Part shown: positions 18,598 through 26,883 of the stretch, piece after piece
Numbering within the stretch: the first letter of the stretch is position 1
Layout: each line of letters opens with the position of its first letter
Source: Paracoccaceae bacterium
GTDB taxonomy: Bacteria > Pseudomonadota > Alphaproteobacteria > Rhodobacterales > Rhodobacteraceae
Direction: 5' to 3'
Length of the DNA: 46,672 nucleotides
Assembly (NCBI GenBank): GCA_027045905.1
Contig: JALTZY010000194.1
Location: 1 to 46,672 of the forward strand
Made by a program: the position numbers and the translations under genes
Notes under the pieces: generated by a model
Told to the model about the DNA's origin: nothing
The model's input: only the letters and a program-made list of their open reading frames with translations
Database searches by the model: none

Positions 18598-19284
18598 ATG
18601 CGCAAAGTGACCCTGACCCTGAAGGTGCTGGCCCTGGTGCTGGCCGGCGCGCTCCTGCATTACGTCCTGCCCCAGCACGACGTGGCCCGCATCACCTCGA
18701 CCGAGGTGATCCGCATGGATTTCACCCGGTTCAACCGCCTCTTCTTCGCCCAGCCCGACAGCGGCAATCAGGAATTCGCCACCCGTGACATCCGCCTGAT
18801 CAACACGATGCGCAAGAAGACCTGGCTGCTGGGCTTCATCCGCCGCGATGCCGAGGGGGTGATGGTATATCGCAACGAGGATACCGGCTGGATCTGGCCG
18901 CCCTATTTCAAGTTCGACAGTTCCGACCTGCAGGCCGAGGCCAGCGCCAATATCTCGACCCCGGACAAGCCGCAATGGGTGGTGATCACCCATTACGGCT
19001 GGCGCAACCGCTTCTTTACCGTCTATCCCAACGCGGTGGTGATCCGGCCGGTATCCGGGCCCGATGTGACCATCATCCCGTGGTTCAATATCTTCTTTTT
19101 CCTGTTCCTCGCGGCCGCATGGCTGTTTGTCCGGGCCATGTGGCGGCAGTTTCGCGAGCGCACCATCGACCCGGCGCTGGAAAGCGCGGGGGAGACATGG
19201 GAGCAGGTGGACGAACGCGCAAGCCGGGCCCGCGGCCGCTTCACGCGCTGGCTCGCCACCTGGCGGGGCAAGCCGCGCCGGTGA
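18598..19284 (+). CDS. 228-aa membrane-anchored protein, DUF1523-like
   Basis: ATG 18598 follows GAGGAGAG. It has an N-terminal TM, a central domain with WPPYFKFDS, and a second TM (IIPWFNIFFFLFLAAAWLF). The DUF1523 assignment is from memory and unverified. Confidence 0.75.
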   Translation: MRKVTLTLKVLALVLAGALLHYVLPQHDVARITSTEVIRMDFTRFNRLFFAQPDSGNQEFATRDIRLINTMRKKTWLLGFIRRDAEGVMVYRNEDTGWIWPPYFKFDSSDLQAEASANISTPDKPQWVVITHYGWRNRFFTVYPNAVVIRPVSGPDVTIIPWFNIFFFLFLAAAWLFVRAMWRQFRERTIDPALESAGETWEQVDERASRARGRFTRWLATWRGKPRR

Positions 19285-19406
19285 GGGGGCGCACAGAGGC
19301 CGGCACGGATTCGGTATCATACCGAGAAAAACCTTGCCAGATCCGGGGCCGGTAGCGTTTCATGGGAATACCCCGGTATACGGAACACAGACTCGGAGGG
19401 AGAGAG

Positions 19407-20879
19407 ATGAAGAAACTGCTGACAAGCGCCGCCATGACGGTGGCCCTGAGCGCGGGGGCCGCACTGGCCGGCAAGGATACGCTGACGCTTGGCATGGTGC
19501 TGGAGCCGCCGAACCTGGACCCCACCGCCGGCGCGGCCGCCGCGATCGACGAGGTGGTCTATTCCAACATCTTCGAGGGCCTCACCCGCTTCGGCCCCGA
19601 TGGCTCGGTCAATCCCGGCCTCGCCGCCTCCTGGGACGTCTCCGAGGACGGCATGACCTATACCTTCCACCTGCGCGAGGGGGTGAAGTTTCATGACGGC
19701 ACCGAGATGAATGCCGACGACGTGGTGTTCAGCCTCGACCGCGCCCGGGCCGAGGACAGCACCAATGCGCAGAAGGCGCTGTTTGCCTCGATCGAGAGCG
19801 TGACCGCGGTGGACCCGCTCACCGTGGAGGTGAAGCTCTCCGAGCCCAACGGCAACTTCCTCTTCAACATGGCCTGGGGGGACGCGGTGATCGTGGCGCC
19901 CGAGAGCATCGACAGCGCCGCCACCAGCCCGGTGGGGACCGGGCCGTTCGTGTTCAAGGAATGGGTGCAGGGCGACCATGTGACCATCACCCGCAACCCG
20001 GATTACTGGGGCGAGCCGGTGGCGCTCTCGGAGGCGACCTTCAAGTTCATCTCCGACCCCAACGCCGCCTTTGCGGCGATGATGGCGGGCGATGTGGACG
20101 CCTTTCCGAACTTCCCGGCGCCCGAGACGCTCGCCCAGTTCGAGAACAACCCGCAGTTCAAGGTGATCGTCGGCTCGACCGAGGGCGAAACCATCCTCTC
20201 GACCAACAACAAGGCCGAGTGGCTGAGCGACATCCGGGTGCGCGAGGCAATCGCCCATGCGATCAACCGGCAGGAGATCATCGACGGTGCCATGTTCGGC
20301 TACGGCACCCCGATCGGCACTCATTTCGCGCCGCACAACCCGGATTACATTGACCTCACCGGCCTGTCGGAATACGACCCCGAGAAGTCGAAGGCCCTGC
20401 TCGCCGAATCCGGGGCCGAAGGCATCACCCTGCGCCTGATGCTGCCCCCGCCGAGCTATGCGCGGCGCGGCGGCGAGATCGTCGCGGCCCAGCTGCGCGC
20501 GGTGGGGATCAATGTGGAGATCAGCAATCTCGAATGGGCGCAGTGGCTCGAACAGGTGTTCAAGGGCAAGGATTACGACCTGACCATCGTCAGCCATACC
20601 GAGCCCAACGACATCAATATCTACGCCCGGCCGGATTACTACTTCCAGTATGACAACCCGTCCTTCCAGGCGCTGATCCGCGAGCTCGAAGTCACCTCCG
20701 ACCCGGCGGCGCGCCGGGCGCTCAATCACGTCGCGCAGCGGATCATCGCCCAGGATTACGTCAACGGCTACCTGTTCCAGCTGGCCAAGACCGGCGTCGC
20801 CAATGCCGATGTCATGGGCCTGTGGGAAAACGCCCCCACCCAGGCCAACGACCTCACGGGCGTTTACTGGGCCGACTGA
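19407..20879 (+). CDS. ABC transporter substrate-binding protein, family 5 (peptide/nickel type)
   Basis: It has the signal peptide MKKLLTSAAMTVALSAGAALAG. Conserved SBP_bac_5-type blocks are present (LVRFGPDG-like, WSDGTPMTA-like: HDGTEMNADDVVFS). A GGAGGGAGAG ribosome-binding site precedes ATG 19407. Confidence 0.85.
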   Translation: MKKLLTSAAMTVALSAGAALAGKDTLTLGMVLEPPNLDPTAGAAAAIDEVVYSNIFEGLTRFGPDGSVNPGLAASWDVSEDGMTYTFHLREGVKFHDGTEMNADDVVFSLDRARAEDSTNAQKALFASIESVTAVDPLTVEVKLSEPNGNFLFNMAWGDAVIVAPESIDSAATSPVGTGPFVFKEWVQGDHVTITRNPDYWGEPVALSEATFKFISDPNAAFAAMMAGDVDAFPNFPAPETLAQFENNPQFKVIVGSTEGETILSTNNKAEWLSDIRVREAIAHAINRQEIIDGAMFGYGTPIGTHFAPHNPDYIDLTGLSEYDPEKSKALLAESGAEGITLRLMLPPPSYARRGGEIVAAQLRAVGINVEISNLEWAQWLEQVFKGKDYDLTIVSHTEPNDINIYARPDYYFQYDNPSFQALIRELEVTSDPAARRALNHVAQRIIAQDYVNGYLFQLAKTGVANADVMGLWENAPTQANDLTGVYWAD

Positions 20880-20904
20880 GCACGGATACCGCAAGCCTCG
20901 GGAT

Positions 20905-20930
20905 GCGCCCCTGACGGGGTGCCCCTTTTC
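20905..20930 (+). terminator. Rho-independent terminator candidate GCGCCCC-TGAC-GGGGTGC followed by CCCTTTTC
   Basis: The hairpin plus T-run lie 26 nt after the SBP stop codon. Confidence 0.6.
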
Positions 20931-21074
20931 CGTCCGGCTCCGTCCGGCAGGCCGGGTGCCCTCGTCGGCAAGCGCGTTGCCCGAAGCGCCCCATGCAACC
21001 CGGGGCAGAGAAATAGAGAAACGACCGGATGCCCCGCCTGCCTCCGGGACGCAGTCAGGCTCGAGCTCTGAGCC

Positions 21075-21302
21075 CTAATGCACGTTCACCGGCGCATAAT
21101 CATGGCTGCGCGCCAGCGCAAAGGCCATATGCCTCCCGTTGACCAAGGCCAGCTGCACGCCGTTCTTGTCGTGGACGGCATAAAGGTTTTCGGCCCGGCC
21201 AACCTGGGCGCGCACTTCGTCGGGCAGTTCTTCCGCCCGAACCGGACGCACATAGACGATACGATCGCTGCTGTCGGCAAACGGATCCTGCTTGACGTTC
21301 AT
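21075..21302 (-). CDS. DUF1150 family protein (usual partner of alphaproteobacterial small HSP genes)
   Basis: The 75-aa product reads MNVKQDPFADSSDRIVYVRPV...LYAVHDKNGVQLALVNGRHMAFALARSHDYAPVNVH. It lies directly downstream of hsp20. Confidence 0.8.
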   Translation of the reverse strand: MNVKQDPFADSSDRIVYVRPVRAEELPDEVRAQVGRAENLYAVHDKNGVQLALVNGRHMAFALARSHDYAPVNVH

Positions 21303-21327
21303 GCCTTCCCCCTTTCTCCGCCGTTTC

Positions 21328-21741
21328 TTACCCCTTGCGAATCTCCACGTTCTGCACGACCTTCTCCGGCTCGATACGCTTGAGGTCGATATGCAGAAGG
21401 CCGTTCTCGACCGTCGCCCCCACCACTTCAACCCCATCAGCCAGGACAAAACTCTTCTGAAACTGTCGCCGGGCAATGCCCTGATGCAGAAAAACCCGCG
21501 CCGTGTCATCGCTCGCCTGACGGCCGCGCACCAGGAGCTTGTTTGCCTCGACCGTGATCGACAGATCATCCTGGGAAAATCCCGCCACGGCAAGCGTGAT
21601 GCGATAGGCGCTTTCGCCGGTCTGTTCGATATTGAAGGGCGGATAGCCGTCATTGCCCGACTTGGTGGCCTGCTCGACCATGCGCTCGAGCTGCTCGAAA
21701 CCCAGCAGCATCGGATGGGCGGTAAAAGTCATCTTGGTCAT
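21328..21741 (-). CDS. Hsp20/alpha-crystallin family small heat-shock protein (IbpA-like)
   Basis: The alpha-crystallin core reads YPPFNIEQTGESAYRITLAVAGFSQDDLSITVEANKLLVRG...GLLHIDLKR. The start is set at ATG 21741 (an alternative ATG is at 21732), with a GAAAGGA Shine-Dalgarno sequence. Confidence 0.88.
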   Translation of the reverse strand: MTKMTFTAHPMLLGFEQLERMVEQATKSGNDGYPPFNIEQTGESAYRITLAVAGFSQDDLSITVEANKLLVRGRQASDDTARVFLHQGIARRQFQKSFVLADGVEVVGATVENGLLHIDLKRIEPEKVVQNVEIRKG

Positions 21742-21744
21742 CTG

Positions 21745-21774
21745 GCACGTCCTTTCTCTACAAGCGACCTGTGC
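21745..21774 (-). promoter_or_regulatory. ROSE-like RNA thermometer candidate in the hsp20 leader
   Basis: The minus-strand RNA GCAC-AG-GUC-G-CUU [GUAGAGA] AAG-GAC-GUGC forms an imperfect stem. The stem sequesters the SD AAGGA. It carries the UYGCU signature (UCGCU) and a bulged G opposite the SD. Confidence 0.45.
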
Positions 21775-21804
21775 TGCGGCCCCCAAACGGGCAACCTGCC
21801 CTGC

Positions 21805-21835
21805 AAATATGGGAACCATCCCCGCCCGGTGCAAG
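21805..21835 (-). promoter_or_regulatory. sigma-32 (RpoH)-type promoter candidate for hsp20
   Basis: The minus strand reads CTTGCA, then 15 nt, then TCCCATAT. The consensus is CTTGAA-N13-17-CCCCATNT. It lies about 65-95 nt upstream of the hsp20 ATG. Confidence 0.55.
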
Positions 21836-21916
21836 AGTACAGCCCGCGCAAGCCCGCTTGGCCCATGGGCGCTTTCCGGCTAGACTGCGCCCACGGTGAA
21901 CGAGTCGGCCGGAGCC

Positions 21917-22135
21917 ATGAGCAAAGCCGAAAGGATGAAAAGCGACGAGGTTCTCAGGATCGAGCTGGAAGTCTTCCGGCGCGAGCACCGGGATCTCGAT
22001 GATGCCATCGCCGCGCTCGAAGCCTCCGGGCGCGCCGACCAGCTGCGCCTGCGCCGGCTGAAGAAGCAGAAGCTCGCGCTCAAGGACAAGATCGCCCGGA
22101 TCGAAGACCAGCTGACCCCGGACATCATTGCATAA
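21917..22135 (+). CDS. DUF465 (YdcH-like) family protein
   Basis: The motif REHRDLDDAIAALE...LRRLKKQKLALKDKIARIEDQL fits the DUF465 pattern. The start is ATG 21917; an in-frame GTG at 21896 is an alternative. Confidence 0.75.
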   Translation: MSKAERMKSDEVLRIELEVFRREHRDLDDAIAALEASGRADQLRLRRLKKQKLALKDKIARIEDQLTPDIIA

Positions 22136-22184
22136 ACCGCACACCCCGCTATAAGCGCGGCAAACGGGGCATCCGGGGGGCGCC

Positions 22185-22673
22185 ATGGAAGAAATATCGG
22201 TCGGAATCATCATGGGCAGCCAGTCGGACTGGCGGACCATGCGCGAGGCGGCGACACTGCTCGAAGAGCTCGGCGTGGGCTACGAGACCCGCATCGTCAG
22301 CGCCCACCGCACACCGGACCGGCTCTGGAAATACGGTCGCGAAGCCGCCGGGCGCGGGCTCAAGGTCATCATCGCCGGCGCCGGGGGGGCGGCACATCTG
22401 CCGGGCATGATGGCCTCGAAAACCCAGCTGCCGGTGATCGGCGTACCGATCCAGACCCGCGCGCTGGGTGGCGTGGACAGCCTCTATTCCATCGTCCAGA
22501 TGCCGCGCGGCTTCCCGGTGGCGACCATGGCCATCGGTGCCGCCGGCGCCGCCAATGCCGCCTTGATGGCCGCCTCCATCCTCGCCCTCTGCGATCCAGC
22601 CCTCGCCAAGCGTCTCGCCGCCTGGCGCGAAGCTCTCGCGGCCTCGGTCGCGAAGGAGCCGAGCGATGACTGA
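22185..22673 (+). CDS. purE: 5-(carboxyamino)imidazole ribonucleotide mutase
   Basis: It contains [18 protein letters not shown]...[10 protein letters not shown]...[14 protein letters not shown]. Its 3' end overlaps the purK start. Confidence 0.93.
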   Translation: MEEISVGIIMGSQSDWRTMREAATLLEELGVGYETRIVSAHRTPDRLWKYGREAAGRGLKVIIAGAGGAAHLPGMMASKTQLPVIGVPIQTRALGGVDSLYSIVQMPRGFPVATMAIGAAGAANAALMAASILALCDPALAKRLAAWREALAASVAKEPSDD

Positions 22674-23739
22674 CCCCCTTGCACCGGGCGCACGCATCGG
22701 CATCCTCGGCGGCGGCCAGCTCGGGCGGATGCTGGCCATGGCCGCGGCGCGCCTCGGATTCACCTGCCATATCTACGAGCCGGGTGAGAACCCGCCCGCG
22801 GGCCAGGTCGCCCACCGCGTCACTCGCGCCGCCTATGAGGACCGCGCCGCGCTCGAAGCCTTCGCCCACTCGGTCGATGTCATCACCTACGAGTTTGAAA
22901 ACATTCCCACTTCCGCCCTCGACCTTCTGGAAAATCTGCGCCCGATCCGCCCCAGCCGCGAGGCACTGCGCGTATCGCAAGACCGCCTCACCGAGAAGGA
23001 GTTTCTTACCGGACTGAGGCTGAAAACGGCCCCCTTCGCCCCCGTCAGCGACGCCGCTTCGCTCGCCCGCGCACTGCAGATAACCAGTACGCCCGCGATC
23101 CTCAAAACCCGCCGCTTCGGATACGACGGCAAGGGACAGGCTCGGATCATGGCGCCGGACGAGGCCGAATCCGCCCTTGCCGCCATGCAGGGCGCCGAAG
23201 CGATCCTCGAGGGCTTCGTGGACTTCTCCCACGAGATCAGCGTCATTGCCACGCGCAGCCCTTCCGGCGAAATCGCCTGCTTCGATGCGGGCGAGAATGT
23301 CCATGTAAACGGCATCCTCTCCACCACCACGGTGCCCGCGCGCCTCGGCGCCGCCGAGCGGACCGACGCCGTGCTGATCGCCGCCAAGATCCTGAACGCG
23401 CTCGATTATATCGGCGTGATCGGGGTTGAGCTCTTCGTCACCCCCGCCGGGCTCATGGTCAATGAAATCGCCCCGCGCGTACACAATTCCGGCCACTGGA
23501 CCCAGGACGGCTGCCTGATCGACCAGTTCGAACAGCACATCCGCGCCATTGCCGGCTGGCCGCTGGGCGACGGGACACGCATCGCCGATGTGGTAATGGA
23601 AAACCTGATCGGAGACGATATCGACCGTATCGGCGAAATCGCCGCCGATCCCGACGCCGCCCTGCATCTCTACGGCAAGGCCGAAACCCGCCCGGGCCGC
23701 AAGATGGGTCATGTGAACCGCCTCAAACGCAGCCCCTGA
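22666..23739 (+). CDS. purK: 5-(carboxyamino)imidazole ribonucleotide synthase
   Basis: It has an ATP-grasp fold, with [14 protein letters not shown] and GYDGKGQ. It is adjacent to and overlaps purE. Confidence 0.9.
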   Translation: MTDPLAPGARIGILGGGQLGRMLAMAAARLGFTCHIYEPGENPPAGQVAHRVTRAAYEDRAALEAFAHSVDVITYEFENIPTSALDLLENLRPIRPSREALRVSQDRLTEKEFLTGLRLKTAPFAPVSDAASLARALQITSTPAILKTRRFGYDGKGQARIMAPDEAESALAAMQGAEAILEGFVDFSHEISVIATRSPSGEIACFDAGENVHVNGILSTTTVPARLGAAERTDAVLIAAKILNALDYIGVIGVELFVTPAGLMVNEIAPRVHNSGHWTQDGCLIDQFEQHIRAIAGWPLGDGTRIADVVMENLIGDDIDRIGEIAADPDAALHLYGKAETRPGRKMGHVNRLKRSP

Positions 23740-23797
23740 CCCTTTCATCTTTCCATCAATACTCCCGCCGGAGGCACGATTTTTCTGCGAAAAATCG
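23740..23797 (-). repeat. REP-like element copy D: A/T-cored palindrome CGATTTTTC-GCA-GAAAAATCG (23777-23797) in place of the GC hairpin, plus tail GGCGGGAGTATT-GATG-GAAAGATGAAAGGG
   Basis: Read on the minus strand. It lies between the convergent stops of purK (23739) and lpdA (23810). Confidence 0.75.
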
Positions 23798-23809
23798 CCC
23801 CCCGCGGGC

Positions 23810-25198
23810 TCATGCGTGAATCGCTCCGTCACCGCAATCGAGCGCCGCTTCGCGCACCGCCTCCGAGAAGGCCGGATGCGCATGGCAGGTGCGGGCGAGG
23901 TCTTCGGCGCTGGCGCCGAATTCCATCGCAACGCAGGCCTCATGGATCAGCTCCCCCGCCGCCGGGCCGATGATGTGCACGCCCAGGATCCGGTCGGTCT
24001 CCTGATCCGAAAGGATTTTCACGAATCCTTCCCCCTGGAAGACCGTCTTGGCCCGGGCATTGGCCATGAAGGAGAACTTGCCCACCTTGTAGGCCCACCC
24101 GGCCTCTTTCAGCGCCTCTTCGCTCTGGCCCACACTGGCCACTTCGGGGCTGGTATAGATTACGCCGGGGATCACGTCGTAATTCACATGGCCCGCCTGG
24201 CCCGCGATGCACTCGGCCACCATGATGCCCTCTTCCTCGGCCTTGTGGGCGAGCATCGGGCCTTCGGTCACATCGCCGATCGCCCAGATGCCCGCAACCG
24301 ACGTGCGGCCCTGGGCGTCGGTCGCGATCTGCCCGCGTTCGGTCATCTTCAGACCCAGCGCCTCGGGTGCGATACCGGCAAGGAAGGGGCGGCGTCCGGT
24401 GGCGACAAGCACGGTATCGGCTTCGAGCACGTTTGCCGAGCCGTCCTTCTTCAGTTCATAGGTCAGTTTCAGCTTGGTCTTGAGCTTCTCCACGACCTTG
24501 ACCGCCGCGCCAAGGATGAATGTAAGCCCCTGTTTTTTCATCGATCTTTGCAGAGCCTTGCCGAGCCCCTTGTCGAGCCCCGGGGTGATATGGTCGAGAT
24601 ACTCCACCACCGTCACCTCGGCGCCGAGCCGGGCATAGACCGAGCCGAGCTCGAGCCCGATTACCCCGGCGCCGATCACCACCAGGCGCTTCGGGATCCT
24701 GCCCAGCGACAGCGCCCCGGTCGAGGTGACGACGCGCTCTTCATCCACCTCCACACCGGGCAGGCTCGCGGCCTCAGATCCGGTGGCAATCACGATATGG
24801 CGGGCGGAATGGACCTCTTCATCCACCCGGACCTTGCCCGGGCCGAGGATCTCGCCCCAGCCCTTCATCCAGTCTATCTTGTTCTTTTTAAACAGGAACT
24901 CGATGCCTCTGGTGTTCTGCTCCACCACCGCATCCTTGTATTCGAGCATCTTCGGCCAATCAACCGAGGGCGCCTTTCCCCTCAGCCCCATGGCGGCGAA
25001 ATTGTGCTCTGCCTCATGCAGCATGTGGCTCGCATGCAGGAGCGCCTTTGATGGAATGCAGCCCACATTCAGGCAGGTCCCGCCCAGGGTTTCGCGGCCC
25101 TCGACCACCGCCGTCTTCAGCCCCAACTGGGCGCAGCGGATCGCCGAGACATAGCCCCCCGGCCCGGCACCGATGATAATCACGTCATAGTCTGCCAT
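23810..25198 (-). CDS. lpdA: dihydrolipoyl dehydrogenase (E3)
   Basis: It contains [12 protein letters not shown], the redox disulfide [13 protein letters not shown], and a C-terminal HAHP motif. It is the last gene of the suc cluster. Confidence 0.93.
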   Translation of the reverse strand: MADYDVIIIGAGPGGYVSAIRCAQLGLKTAVVEGRETLGGTCLNVGCIPSKALLHASHMLHEAEHNFAAMGLRGKAPSVDWPKMLEYKDAVVEQNTRGIEFLFKKNKIDWMKGWGEILGPGKVRVDEEVHSARHIVIATGSEAASLPGVEVDEERVVTSTGALSLGRIPKRLVVIGAGVIGLELGSVYARLGAEVTVVEYLDHITPGLDKGLGKALQRSMKKQGLTFILGAAVKVVEKLKTKLKLTYELKKDGSANVLEADTVLVATGRRPFLAGIAPEALGLKMTERGQIATDAQGRTSVAGIWAIGDVTEGPMLAHKAEEEGIMVAECIAGQAGHVNYDVIPGVIYTSPEVASVGQSEEALKEAGWAYKVGKFSFMANARAKTVFQGEGFVKILSDQETDRILGVHIIGPAAGELIHEACVAMEFGASAEDLARTCHAHPAFSEAVREAALDCGDGAIHA

Positions 25199-25317
25199 GT
25201 GGGTCTCCTTTGGCGGAACTCTTGGCTGTTTTCCCGGCCGCCAGAGCGCATGCGCAATCTGCGCGGCCGGAATATCCTGAATATTTGCGCCCCTGCAGGG
25301 TCATCGCCTCGCTCTGC

Positions 25318-25329
25318 TTGTGATCACAA
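25318..25329. promoter_or_regulatory. 12-bp perfect palindrome TTGTGATCACAA overlapping the sucB stop, about 125 nt upstream of the lpdA ATG
   Basis: Read directly. The same GTGATCAC core occurs as paired sites upstream of sucC and sdhC. Confidence 0.45.
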
Positions 25330-26883
25330 ATCCATCAGCAGGCGGCGCGGATCTTCGAGCGCTTCCTTGACGCGCACGAGGAAGGTCACCGCCCCCTTGC
25401 CGTCCACGATCCGGTGGTCATAGGAGAGCGCCAGATACATCATCGGCCGGATCACAATCTCGCCACCCACCACCACGGGCCGCTCCTGGATCTTGTGCAT
25501 GCCGAGGATCCCCGATTGCGGCGGGTTCAGGATCGGCGAAGACATCAGCGAGCCATAGACCCCGCCATTGGAGATGGTGAAGGAGCCGCCCTGCATCTCG
25601 GCCAGGCTCAGCTTGCCCTCACGCGCGCGCTTGCCCAGTTCGGCGATCTTCTGCTCGATGGCGTGAAACGACATCTGCTCGGCATTGCGGATCACCGGCA
25701 CGACAAGACCGCTGGGCGTGCCCACCGCCACGCCCATATGGACGTAATGCTTGTAAACCACCTCATCGCCGTCGATCTCGGCATTGACCTCGGGCACCTC
25801 GTTCAGCGCATGCACGCAGGCCTTGACGAAGAACGACATGAAGCCGAGCTTGACCCCATGCTTTTTCAGGAACAGGTCCTTGTATTCATTGCGCAGTTCC
25901 ATGATCGCCGACATGTCCGCCTCGTTATAGGTGGTCAGGATCGCAGCCGTATTCTGGGCCTCCTTCAGACGGCGGGCGATGGTCTGGCGCAGGCGGGTCA
26001 TCTTCACCCGCTCCTCGCGCGCCGCATCCTCGGCGGGGACGGTCGGGCGCGGCGCGGCTGGAGCCGCAGGCGCGGCGGGGACGGCAGGCACGCTCGTCGC
26101 AGCGGTCGGAGTTGCGGCGGCAGAGGCGGCGATGGCGGCCTGCACGTCCTCCTTCATCACCCGGCCATCGCGGCCGGTGCCCTGGACCTGATCGCGCGAG
26201 AGCCCGGCTTCGGCCATGGCCTTCTTCGCCGAAGGCGCGTCCTCCACGTCCCGCTTCGGCGCCGAAGGCGCCGCCCCCGAATCCGCCGGGGCGCCGACCC
26301 CAGTCGGCGCAACGCTGCCGGAGGTGGCGATGATCGCCAGCCGCGCGCCCGGGCTCACCACCTCCCCTTCGGGCGCGGCGATCTCGGCCAGAACACCCGC
26401 CTGTGGTGCGGGCACCTCGACCGAAACCTTGTCGGTCTCCAGTTCGCACAGCATTTCGTCGGCAGCCACCGCATCGCCCGGCTGCCTGTACCAGGTCGCG
26501 ACCGTGGCTTCGGTGACGCTCTCGCCCAGGGTCGGCACGACGACCTCCACCGCCCCGCCGCCGGCGGCATCCGGCGCGGTGGGGGCCGGGCTCGGGGCGC
26601 CTGCCGGAGCCTCTGCCACCGGGGCTGGCGGGGCGCCCGCGCCTTCCTCGATCCGTGCCAGAAGCGCACCGACCCCCACGGTCTCGCCTTCCGCGGCAAT
26701 GATTTCCGCCAGCGTCCCGGCCACCGGCGCGGGCACTTCCACCGTCACCTTGTCGGTCTCCAGTTCGCACAGCATTTCATCGGCCGCCACCGCATCGCCG
26801 GGCTTCTTGAACCAGGTCGCGACCGTGGCCTCGGTGACGCTCTCGCCCAAAGCGGGCACATGTACTTCTACTTCCTTGCTCAT
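25324..26883 (-). CDS. sucB: dihydrolipoyllysine-residue succinyltransferase (E2 of 2-oxoglutarate dehydrogenase) with two lipoyl domains
   Basis: Two copies of [13 protein letters not shown]...ELETDKV are followed by Ala/Pro linkers, an E3-binding segment and a catalytic domain with the DHR motif (SYDHRIVDG). The ATG at 26883 overlaps the sucA stop (ATGA). Confidence 0.92.
   Translation of the reverse strand: MSKEVEVHVPALGESVTEATVATWFKKPGDAVAADEMLCELETDKVTVEVPAPVAGTLAEIIAAEGETVGVGALLARIEEGAGAPPAPVAEAPAGAPSPAPTAPDAAGGGAVEVVVPTLGESVTEATVATWYRQPGDAVAADEMLCELETDKVSVEVPAPQAGVLAEIAAPEGEVVSPGARLAIIATSGSVAPTGVGAPADSGAAPSAPKRDVEDAPSAKKAMAEAGLSRDQVQGTGRDGRVMKEDVQAAIAASAAATPTAATSVPAVPAAPAAPAAPRPTVPAEDAAREERVKMTRLRQTIARRLKEAQNTAAILTTYNEADMSAIMELRNEYKDLFLKKHGVKLGFMSFFVKACVHALNEVPEVNAEIDGDEVVYKHYVHMGVAVGTPSGLVVPVIRNAEQMSFHAIEQKIAELGKRAREGKLSLAEMQGGSFTISNGGVYGSLMSSPILNPPQSGILGMHKIQERPVVVGGEIVIRPMMYLALSYDHRIVDGKGAVTFLVRVKEALEDPRRLLMDL

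Noticed and set aside
19311-19325. The 15-nt palindrome TCGGTATCATACCGA upstream of the SBP gene.
   Set aside because: It is a single short palindrome with a one-nucleotide centre, has no second copy in the window, and has no adjacent T-run. That is too weak to call an operator or terminator.
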